DNA of 64,000 bases from Oikopleura dioica (taxonomy: Eukaryota; Animalia; Chordata). The DNA is taken from NCBI GenBank assembly GCA_907165135.1, contig OU015568.1, forward strand, positions 17,028,477 to 17,092,476. The letters run 5' to 3'. Under the pieces are notes generated by a model. The model saw only the letters and a list, made by a program, of their open reading frames with translations, searched no databases and was not told where the DNA came from. How positions within the stretch are numbered: the first letter of the stretch is position 1; each line of letters opens with the position of its first letter. Made by a program: the position numbers and the translations under genes. Below are positions 11,965 to 23,500 of the stretch, one piece after another.

Positions 11965-12656
11965 AATATCCAATTTAATCCTCAAGAATATTTGCCACTT
12001 CATATACATAAGCAGCTAAATGATGTAAACAGCAATCAAGATGTAATCGCGGTTTTGGTTGCAGGCTGGAGCACCAAAAGTGAGAGGCAGGAAGCCAAAA
12101 GGCATAAGTACACTCATTTCTCCGCAGGTAAATCTCTGCCCTACTATCAGTGATAAAATGCAACAAAGGGCCGGGTTAACTTACATAGCACTAAATAAGC
12201 ACATTGCTGGAACTCACCCTAATCGCGGAGTTTCTTTAGGCTCTGCCCAGAGCGCAGAAAACGATAATTTTCTTTTTATTTATTTATTGAAATGATTGCA
12301 TGGTCTCATAAACGATCGATGAGCTTTTTCCTCGTAAGTCGAATTTGATTTTCTCCTTGTTGTTTATGGCGATAAATTCCTGAAGCTGCCCAAGGAAAAA
12401 GAAAAACCAATCCACCTCTCTCTTTTCAAATTCTTGGGTTACCTAAAGTATAAGATCGTATTTCGTACCTGCTATCCGTGCTGTAGTGCCCCTTCATATC
12501 AGAACCATCGCAAAAAGTATGTCCAAAGGGTCCAGCAACAACTAATCCGTAAATTTCCATGGCAATTTACCCCACCACCATCAGAGCTCATCATATAAAC
12601 AACGAGATCAGACGAATTGTGTCCCCAAGTCATTCGCCAGCGCGCAATACTATCCT

Positions 12657-13730
12657 TTTTCCACCAAATAAAGCATTGACGATTCTGTATGCAGCCATCA
12701 AAGCAGTTAATGTTTCTAACACTCGTTAGAGAGCCAAAAAAGCCGCCTTTACAAAAACCATAATATTCTAAAAAAATGCTAGTTTAATACAATTAAAAAG
12801 TTGAAAAATGTTGACAAAAACATAGTATAACTTTAATAAATAGTTGAAATCAGTGAAGCCGCATAATAATTAATAATCCGCGCCCCATGCCACACAGACT
12901 TCAAAATTTTCGGCTCCCAGGCAGGCGGGCACCTAAGCGATTTTTAGAAAACACGATCTCTCGGCAACTTAATTATGTGAGAACACAGCGTGAAAAAGGA
13001 GAACGGCGTGAAACGCATGTTTGAGAAGCCGTATGAACTCACCGCAAATAATTCAAGAACATATAAATAAACCGCACCATAGTCCCAACAATATTTAATA
13101 GCCGTAGATCTTAAATTGCTGCGTGTCCATCATAATTCAAACACCATAAAAATATTAACTTTAGTAGTTGTTTAGTCTAAAACTTAAAATTTTAATAGAA
13201 CATTACTATCAACAAATTCAAATATATATACGGGATATTTGACAAAATATACATTCAATAACTAACCATACTTAATCTAAAGTTCCCTGGTTCCCTAAGC
13301 ACGAAATGAATCTCAAAATAACTTATGTGACAAACACTCCTCACGCTGGTTGGTGCGCGCAGCGAAACGTTCGAGCTTTATAATGACGCGGCACAACATG
13401 AATAAACACACCCAATAAGTTACCAATAAAACTAATCAAGCGTTTTGAATAGATTAAAACGGCCTACAAGGCAATAATCGACAGGGCACAAAACTATCAT
13501 TTTCCACCAAATAATGCATTTCCATTCTGTATACGAACCATCAAAGCAGTTTATATTTCTTACACTCGTTAAGTCGAAAATGCCGCCTTTACAAACACCA
13601 TAATATTCTAAAAAATGCTAGTTTTATACAATAATAAATTGAAATATGTTGATAAAAACTTAGTAAAACTGAAATAAATAGTTTAGATCCGTAAAGCGCA
13701 TCATGATTAAAAATCCGCGCAACTTGCCAC
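12657..13730 (-). repeat. Diverged direct duplication (~12657-12893 and ~13501-13730), probably decayed coding sequence on the minus strand
   Basis: The copies translate as EYYGFCKGGFFGSLTSVRNINCFDG..C.IWWK and EYYGVCKGGIFDLTSVRNINCFDG..C.IWWK, with several synonymous differences and a 3-nt indel, but also frameshifts. Confidence 0.55.
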
Positions 13731-14590
13731 AATATGAGGCCTTATATATTTAGCCACAGCGAATCATTGTCAAATATGCTAATCCGACAAACAGTCTTCA
13801 CGCTGGTTGGTCCGCGCATCATACGTTTTCAAGATTTCGACAAATCACATAACGATATGTTCTAAGACCAGATATAAATCGAGAGAACAACATACAATAA
13901 TTTTAAATTACTATTTTGATTGTAAAAAACAATAAGATCAAAGGAATGTCGGATTGGCCGAAAAAAGAAGAGATTTTACAAATAAAACAGCATTAATTAT
14001 GAGTAACTTATGGAGCATTAACCGCGAGGAAACATAATTCTCTACAAAAATCCCATACACGCGTAAATCAATATGATAAACAAGATAAAATCATATCATA
14101 ACCACCTAAAGACAAATTATGGTTTTTGAATAATTCCGAAAAAGGGGATTCTTCAAACTAGAACACAGCAAAAGCGTAGAAAGCGATAAAAACAAACAAA
14201 CCTGTCCACCAACATAATGACGCGGCAATAAATTAATGATAAACACACCCAATTATACAGATACTAAGCAAGAAGCGGTAAAGTAGCGGCCTGCCGGCCT
14301 AAGAAAACCCGTCTTTACGATTTTTTTTTCCAAATTATGATTTTGTTAATTTGGAATTATATTATTTTTTCCAATTTTTGTTATTTTTTTTTATGGAATT
14401 CTGTAAAGAACTGAAAAATAAAAATTTCCATAATGAGAAAATTCACTTACCAGAAAAAAAGTTCCATCCTAAGTAAAAAATTTATTTTTCGATCCATCCT
14501 TGATCAATCCTTTTAGTTACGTTCCATACTAACGATAAACTTTTTATTATGATCCATAGTAAAGAAAACCTTTTTGTTACGTTACATTCT

Positions 14591-17500
14591 TTATTTTTCC
14601 AAAATTAGATAATCGCCGTTGTAAACTTCTCCTTGAGGGCAGCAGTTTCCGGCGAGATCTTGAATCTCCCCTGGTTGACAGGGAGAAACGAATTGACATT
14701 CCGTTTCCGCATTAAAGTCGTTGTAAACAGATATTTGTCCATCTGGGCATTTCTCGCCGCATTGTCCGAGTGTTCCTTGATGGATGCAAATACACATGTT
14801 CCATTTTGAGCTCCATGTAGATCCGACAGGGCAGCACGCGAACGAACCGTCCTCGAAATTGATGACAACGTCGTTCGTCCTGCAAATCGAGGAAAGACAA
14901 ATACCATCGACGTTCGGATACTGGAAAGTGTCAGGGCAGAGACATGCCATTTTGCTAGATTGAGCGTACATGGCGTAGACAAGGCCATCCGGACACGATG
15001 AGGAACAAACTTGGTTGGCGTTTGGCTCGGAGCCATCGTTACAGATGCATCGTTCGTGAGCAGGGCTGTAATGAGCATCTTTGTGGCAGCACACCTGTCC
15101 ATTTTCGGTTTCAATTGGATGGAAATCGAAATTGCAATTAGATGGAGTTCCGGGACATTGCTCGTTTTTGCCGACGATATGTCCCTCTGGACAAAGGCAC
15201 GTATTTGAATCGGAGTTGTAAATCTGGCCTTGCTGGCAGAAGTCCTCACAGTTACCCCAACCACCGTCTTTGAAAAAAATTTGATGGGGCGGGCAAGCTG
15301 GCGAACAACCTGTATTTTCTTCAACAATCGTACTATCAAAGAAGCATTTGCATTGAAGCATACCCTGGTCAAAGTAAGAATTCTCGGGGCAGCAGCCAGC
15401 AGCATCATTGTAAACGTATGGAGTTTCTTGAGGAGCACACACTGGACAATCGCCATTAGGTGTTGGCAGTAAATCGCCCGTGCACACACACATGTCTCGA
15501 TCCTTTTTGAAATATGTGTTTTTCGGACAGCACATGATATCGCCGAAGCGATTGTTGTAAGCTGTTTCGCCATCTTGGCACGTGTTCGAATTGCATTCCC
15601 CGTCGACTGGAGCTTGTCCGTCCCAGCATTCGCATTCGCCCTTGTTGAAGTTGTATTGAAGATCTCCAGGACAGAGTGATTGTTCCGGCTGTATCAGCGG
15701 CGGGCAAGGAAGAGTTGTTGATCCTCCAGGACAAGCGCATTTGTTCATGGTTGGCAAGCTGTCAATCCAAATGAATCCTTCATCGCAACATTGAATCATG
15801 AAAGAGCTATCCAAATGTGGATTTTGCCCTGTCGGACAGACGGGACATTTACCATCGACCATAGGCTCATCAAACTTGCATTTGCATGTTTTTGTTTGAT
15901 TATCGTATTCTGCTCCGAGTGGACAGCAAATTGTTTTCGGGTCGGGACGCACGAAATATTCACCCTCTCCGCAATCATTCGGGCATTCTCCATACATCGA
16001 GTTGGTGAGATACAATGGCTGAGAACGATCTGCACAGAAACAACCAGGAGGTCCCGACATATCTTGCTCAAAATAAAACAAGTTTCGCTGACAGCATTGG
16101 ATATTTCCAAGAGAGTCGAAGATTGCTCGGTCCGGTTGTGCACAGTTTCCGCAAGCTCTGTCATCTGGCTCATCGCCATTGTCACACACGCATTTATTTA
16201 AATTGTAATTCCATTCGGAATTAAATGGACAGCATTGGACGTAAGGTTCGACAAATTGAATGACATGGTTCTCTTCGCAATCGATTTCACATTGTTGGTA
16301 AGTCGACCAATTCGACGCGTAAAAGGGTTCTGTTCGATTATCACAGAAGCACCCGCCTGGCCCAGTATCATCACCATCGTACCAGAATAAGTTTCTTTTA
16401 CAGCATTTGACGTTTCCGAATTCGTCCATATGAGCTCTTTGGTCTGTACTGCATTGACCACATGCAGTATCGTCGACTTCATTATTGTTAGGGCACTCGC
16501 ACTCATCCGTAATCGAGTTGTACTGAGTTCCGTAGGGGCAACATCCTAGAGTCGGATGATTAGGCCCGACGAAATACGTTCCTTCTTCACATTCGTCGCC
16601 ACATTGCGGGAAATATGATGGAGGTAAATTGATAGCTTCCGAGCCATCTTTACAGCGACAGTGACCACCAGCAGGATTATTCTCATCAGCAATCCAGATT
16701 TGGTTTCTCTCGCAACAACGAATAGCATCATTTTGATCCAATAAGGCTCTCATTCCTGGATCGCTGCATAAGCCACAGGCAGTATCATCAACAACCTCTC
16801 CGTTCGGGCACATGCATTCATCACCGATCGGATCATAAACGCTTCCGATTTCACAACAAATCGTCCTTGGGAAAGCTTGAATGAAAACTTTATCCTCGGG
16901 ACAATCGCCTGGACATTCTCCATTTGGCTCTGAATTGGATCCGTCTTTGCAGTAACATCCAGCAACCGTGTAGTCATCTTCGTCGAACCAGACCTTATTT
17001 TTCTCACAGCATTGCACGACGCCATATTGATCAAGATGAGTTCGTTGGCTGATTGAACAGTAGCCACAGCCAGTTTCATCAGGAATCTCAGCAGGGTCAT
17101 TTGGACAATAACATTTGCCATCTGTGTCACTCCAGTAAGAATTAAGCGGACAGCATTCAATTGTTGGATAGACACTTTGAAGCCAGTAACCATCTCCGTA
17201 GTCAATGCATTCGTTGCCACAAGAGCCCATCGGCCCATCAGGATAACTTCCATCTTCGCACATACAAGCGCCATAGGTTGTTACTACTTGGTTGATTTGA
17301 CAGCACTGTGTTTGATTATTACTATCTGTCTGCAAGACGGTCGGTGGTGGACAAGGCGGACAGCCAGTATCTGGATCGTAAATTCCACCATTATTGCAGA
17401 TACAGGAATTCATCCACGAATCGTAGCTTGAGTCATTAGGACAGCAAAGGACTTCGTCAATATTTGAGGCAAAAAAGAAGCCAGGTTCACAATCACCTGG

Positions 17501-20500
17501 GCATTCACCATTCTGCCATGGCGGAGAATTGTTCTCAGGACAGAGACACTCGTAAGGAGAATTGGAGAAGATTTGATTTGATTTACAGCAAATTATTGCA
17601 CCGTTGTCTTTATTAAATCCAACGATTTCGTTGTCCGAGCATTCGCCACAGCCAGTGCCATTAAGAGGCGCTCCGTTTGTGCAGTGACAGCCAAGATCGG
17701 AAGTCCACTTAGCTCCGATTTCGCAACACTCGAGAGGCTCAAACGATCCAAGCCATTCACCTTCATCACAATCATTTGGACAGTTCATGCTGTAGCCTGG
17801 AATGCTTCCGTCAGACTTGCAAATACACTGTTCAACTCCTTGGTCGAACATTTGATTCTTATGACAGCACCGGGGGTTCTGTGACGCGTCGAAATAAACA
17901 TCTTTGTGTTCAGGGCAATATGGGCAAGTATCATTTACTATAGCGAAACCACTGTTGCATTTGCAGAGTTTGTCGGCCATGTCATACCAGGAGTTCTCCG
18001 GGCAGCATTTGATGGGATCTAACGTGTCTGTTGGATCGACATATCCAAGAATCTGTCCAGGGTCGCAATCGCCGGGACAGCCTCCATATTGATCAAAAGG
18101 GTCGCCATTCGGGCATCTGCAGTCATCAATCTCCAGCGAGTATTGATGATTAATTTGGGGTTTCCTTACTTGGTAAAATTCCTTACTTGGTAAAATTCCT
18201 TACATGGTAAAATTCCTTACTTGGTAAAATTTTTTTTCTTTACCAAGTAAGGATTTTTACCAAGTAAGGAATTTTACCAAGTAAGGAAATTTCTATCGAG
18301 CAAATGTCAAAAACAAATAATGAACATATTCACTTTAGAAGATATCTAGTCGACCCCCCTCTGAACATAATTTTTTCAAGGATTATTTTTTTTTGAATTA
18401 TTTTTTTTTGAAAAAATTGAATAATCTTGATTCGAGCGCGTTCGAATTCGGGTTCATTTTCAAATTCGTGTTTGGAATCGTATTTGAATTTCGGATCCAT
18501 GACCCATGTCAAAGTGGACAATTTGACCGATGGCCCATCGGCGATGGGGGTTAATTGATAAATATATTATCTAAATGAGTTTTTAAATTCAAACTAAGTT
18601 CAAAACAATTATTTTAACAAGTGAAACTTATAAAAGAAACGTCATTTGAAAAATAAATGTCTCTTCTTAGGACCCTCCACTCACGGTTGGGTTCGCAAAA
18701 TCGCTTGTTCTAAAAAAAAATTTTTAAGGCTATAACGTCTCTTTTGGCCTCTCTGGAAAACGCACTTCCCTTGGTCGATTTCAAAAATTAAAAAGACTCA
18801 TATACTTAAAATCTATCGTAGATTTCAGAAATGCGATCAAAAATTTATTTTTCTTTTGAAATTTCGACTTTACAATCATTTAAAAAACGCCGATCGGTTT
18901 TCCGAATAATTTTACCATTACAGAGGTAGATTTTTTACGATCAATTTATAGACTAAAGCCTTCTCTACAATCCCCACGGAAAAAAACTTCGATATCTCTT
19001 CAAATTTTCATTCTAGGGCAGGGCTGGCAAATTAGGGTCCTAACAGCCGCACTACCGAAAAATTGTTAGGGTTCTAACTCAAAATTAGTGCAAATTAGTG
19101 CGGCATCCCCGTCCTACCCGTCCTATTTTTTTTCCTTGATATTTTTTCGTCCATTAGGACCGAATCGCCGCCCTAACCGCACTAATTTGGAGGCTCTTTT
19201 TCATCATCCAATCGGCGCGCGCTTCCCACCAGGCGCGGAGGACAAATTGGTGGAAGATTGAAAAAAGAATGCAGCTGAATGGATGAGAAAAACGAATGAC
19301 CCGCCATGATTGGCGGACCAATAAGCGCGCGCCTATTTTAGGACGATTTTAGTGCGGCTTTTCCAACTCTCGTACTACTCGCACTAAAAAGTTATAAAAT
19401 GAGAGTTAGGGCCCTAACAATAGGGTTCTAACTCAAATTAGTGCGGCTGGCGGGACCCTAATTTGCCAGCCCTGTTCTAGGGCCATGTTAGTGCTGGCAC
19501 CTGAGGAGAAAAAGGCGCGTGGACGCGCTGCGCGGAGTGCTATCCTCCAGCCCGAAAAGAGAGCGCTGTTGGCGAGCGTGTGAGTCAAGCGATTCATCGC
19601 GCTTTGATTGGCTGCGCGGAGCTCAAGCGTCAGTCTATAAACAAAAGAGACTTAAAAGAAGAGAGAACTAGAATCATAATTTTCACAATTTCTTGAAATT
19701 TTTTCCGTAGGGATCATAGAATATGCTTTTTTAAATAATATTGTCGGATTTATTTGACCTTAGAGCTTCCAGTTTTCTCGGAAAACCGATCGGCGATTTT
19801 TGAATGATTCTAGAGCAAAAAATTACCAGAGAAAATTATTTCTTGATGGCATTTTTGAATTTTTAAGGAGAAAACAAATATGTTTGCCCTTTAAATTTTT
19901 GAAATCGACCAAGGGAAGTCCGTTTTCCAGAGAGGCCAAAAGAGACGTTATAGCCTTAATTACTTGGCCAAATTATTTCTCTGTACTAGAGATTGAAGAT
20001 TAGGCCTCGGTCTATCTAAATCTAGTCGGAGATGATGTCTATCTAAGCCCGAATCGGCTGAATTTCGACTCAAAAATAGCCTAAAATGGCCTTTTTCGAA
20101 ATTCTCGAACTTTGGCCCCTCCTTGTAGTAGGTTTGCTTTGAACAAAAAACTTCTCTGTACTAGAGAATAGCGGATAGCACCTGAGCTTTACGTAGAGCT
20201 ATTGTTTGCCCAAATACATAAGCGCAAATCGGCTGAATTTCCAGTCGAAGATGGCCAAAACGAGGGGGATCCCTTAAATCTGATCAACAAAATCAAAATT
20301 TTCTTAACAAAATTTTCAAAAGTTTGGATAGATCTCTCCATATTTGAATCCAAATTTGAACGCAACGGCTAGAATAATTTTAAGAATGAAGATTATTCAA
20401 TTTTTTCAAAAAAAAAATAATTCAAAAAAAAAATAATCATTGAAAAAATTATGTTCAGAGGGGGGTCGACTAGATATCTTCTAAAGTGAATATGTTCATT

Positions 20501-23500
20501 ATTTGTTTTTGACATTTGCTCGATAGAAATTTCCTTACTTGGTAAAATTCCTTACTTGGTAAAAATCCTTACTTGGTAAAGAAAAAAAATTTTACCAAGT
20601 AAGGAATTTTACCATGTAAGGAATTTTACCAAGTAAGGAATTTTACCAAGTAAGGAAACCCCGATTAATTTTGCAGCATAAAATATCACCATTACTGTTT
20701 ATAGCGGGATTAAATACGCCATCATCGCCCACATTGATATCACAGTATCCACAAGCGTTGTTGTTTTGGTATGATTGTCCGTTCGGACATTTGCATTCCT
20801 GATCTACTTGATCGTAGTACTCTCCAGCTTTGCAGCATTTTAGCTCGGGATCCTGTTGGACGACAAACAGGTCAGCAGACACACAATCACCAGGGCATGC
20901 ACTCATGTAGCCGGGGAGACTATCATCCTTGCAAATACATTTGCCGGTGTCTTCTATGTACTTTTGGCTATTAAGACAGCATTCCAATAAATTCCCGGCA
21001 GTGTCGTAGAAGGGCGATCTATTTGGAGAGCAGGGAGGACAGGTATTATTAATGACAGGGCTGCCACTATTGCAAAGACATTCACCCGAGTCAAGATAAG
21101 CCCCATCAGGGCAACAAATAAGTGTGTTGTTCAGATCGATTCCAGCAGGATACATACCAGCATTGCAATCGCCAGGGCATGAGCCGAATGCCAATGGCAT
21201 CGATTCATCTTCGCAAACGCATCCCGTAGTACCGTTTACCCATTTTTGATTTCCAGGGCAGCACTTTGTCATTCCATTATCAAAGTCCAAGAATGCGTTT
21301 GAATTCTCGGGACATTGTCCGCAATAAGTCGAATCAAGAGGTCCTCCATCGCTGCATTTGCATTCGCCTTCCTCAAAGACTGATCCAAGTGGGCAGCACT
21401 GGAACGGATGTGGCTGAACAAGATATTCGCCTTGAGCGCAGGTATCCTCGCACATCATAAACGGACCCAAAAAGATCCATCGGAACATGCACAATCGTCG
21501 AGATCTTCCGACCACTCAGTATGGGCAAAGCAGCACTTTTCTTCTCCATTTGATGTCCAATGACTTGACATGTGTGTCGGACAAAGAGGGCAAGGACTAT
21601 CACCAGCTTCACTTCCATCTGGGCATTGACACTGCTCAAGAGCGGAATTGTAAGCACTTCCTAACGGGCAGCAAATAACCTCGGAGTATTCTCCAACGAA
21701 GAAAAATCCTGCTGCACAATCACCTGGGCAACTTCCATCCCCGTTTGGTGGTAACCCATTGCTACAGGTACAATCATTGGCATTTGGACTGTAGATCAAA
21801 TTGCTTGCACAACATTTGTGAGCGCTCCATTGCCCACCGGTCTGGAATGCGATTTGGTTTGAATTGCAAAGATTGCAGCCTGTCTCTACATCCGGCTCAT
21901 TGCCCGTCTGATCACAGATGCATGTGGCAGTTTGCACTCCGTTCATCATTTGCAATGATGATCCGACTGGACAGCAAATTAGCTCGCCGCCCAGAATATC
22001 CGAAAGATATTCTTCTTGAGGGCAATCGCCTGGGCATTGCATATTTTGATCAGGATTACTTCCGTCTTCACAAGTGCAAGAGTAATCTGTCAGGACCTGA
22101 TTTAATGTGCAGCACATTTTATTTCCATTAGGATCGGTCCATTCTTTCTCTCTGTTATTGTTACAGTATGGACATTTGTTATTTTCGTAATCATATGTTC
22201 CACCGTTTGGACAAGTACAAGTATCAGTAATTGCGGAATATCCAGTTTCTCCAGGACAGCAAACAATATCACCTTTATTGTCAAGAAAGAACCTCTGGCC
22301 GTATGGGCAATCTCCTGGGCATTCTTGTGGATGGGGATTGTAATCACCATTTCCACCTTGAGTGTTGTAGCTTGATCCAGGATTGGTTTTGTCTGGGCAT
22401 CTACAATTTCCCTCGTGCCAGATTTGATTTTTTGGACAGCATCGGACTCCGTCAGCAGTAATCAAAGCAATATCCATCTGTGCGCAATCATTAACTTCGC
22501 AACGGTTGTCGACCAGTGCGCCATTGAAACAGATGCATTCTTCTGCATTTGCATTCCAGTATGCTCCAATAGGGCAGCAAATTTTCTCGGGATAGAATTG
22601 CTCCATAACTTCTCCGAGCTCACAGTCTCCTGGACATTGCGAGTTATATGGGCGTGTACCATCCATACAGCGACACTCGTCCCAGGAGAGATCAAAGTAT
22701 TGATTTGTACGGCAACATCGGGTATTTCCACTGTTGTCGAAATATATTTGCTCGTCAACAGCACACATAGAGCAACCAGTGTCTGGATCGGCTTCATTTT
22801 GATCGGGGCACATGCACTTTTGAAAACTTACATCCCACCAAGAACCAATTGCGCAGCAAATCATCTCTCCGCTATCTTTGAACTGGATCCATTTCCCGAC
22901 TGGACAATCGCCTTTGCAAGTCGCTGGCGAGAATGTCGGGGTGAGTGGTTGACCCTCGCATTCGCACTGATCCGACTGGTAGTTGAACTTCATATTCTTT
23001 TGGCAGCAGATTTCGCTACCATCCCTTTTTCTGTATGCAATTTCTTTGTTTGAACAGAAACCACAGCCGGTCTCACTGTTTGGAGACGTTCCGCCGGGAC
23101 ATTTGCAAACATCTGCTGAGCCGTCCCACATCATACTTCCACCAACAGCGCAACACAGATCCTCGCTCCATTTGTACCAGCCTGGGCTACAGTCGCCTTC
23201 GCAGGCATTGTTGTAGCCGAGATATTCTCCATTGCACATGAACTCATTTCGCCAAGGATACCAGATTTTTCCTGGAGGACAGCAAGCAATCTGTTGATTG
23301 CCGTTGTAAGAATCATCCCAAGGTACTAGGCCGGGACCACATGGTGTTGGACAGCCATTGACAGGGTCTGGTGGGTTATTATCAAAACAGGTGCAAGTTA
23401 CATCATCATATCCATTGATAGTCGGGGTTGAGCCAACTGGGCAACAAAATTTTTCGTCCAGCGTCCTGTGAGCAAGGTATTCTCCTGCCGGACAATCACC

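Larger units (their letters stand above)
18157..20662. mobile_element. Non-autonomous Mutator/foldback-like element (2,506 bp), ~270-bp TIRs, 9-bp TSD
   Basis: TIRs 18157-18428 and 20389-20662 begin GGGGTTTCCTTAC and are near identical, built from 17-bp TTCCTTACTTGGTAAAA units. TSD GATTAATTT at 18148-18156 and 20663-20671. Confidence 0.9.

Noticed and set aside
12300-13800. Mitochondrial insertion (NUMT), suggested by the G/T-rich minus strand
   Set aside because: No recognisable mitochondrial protein motifs, and TAA/TAG stops remain under the ascidian mitochondrial code.
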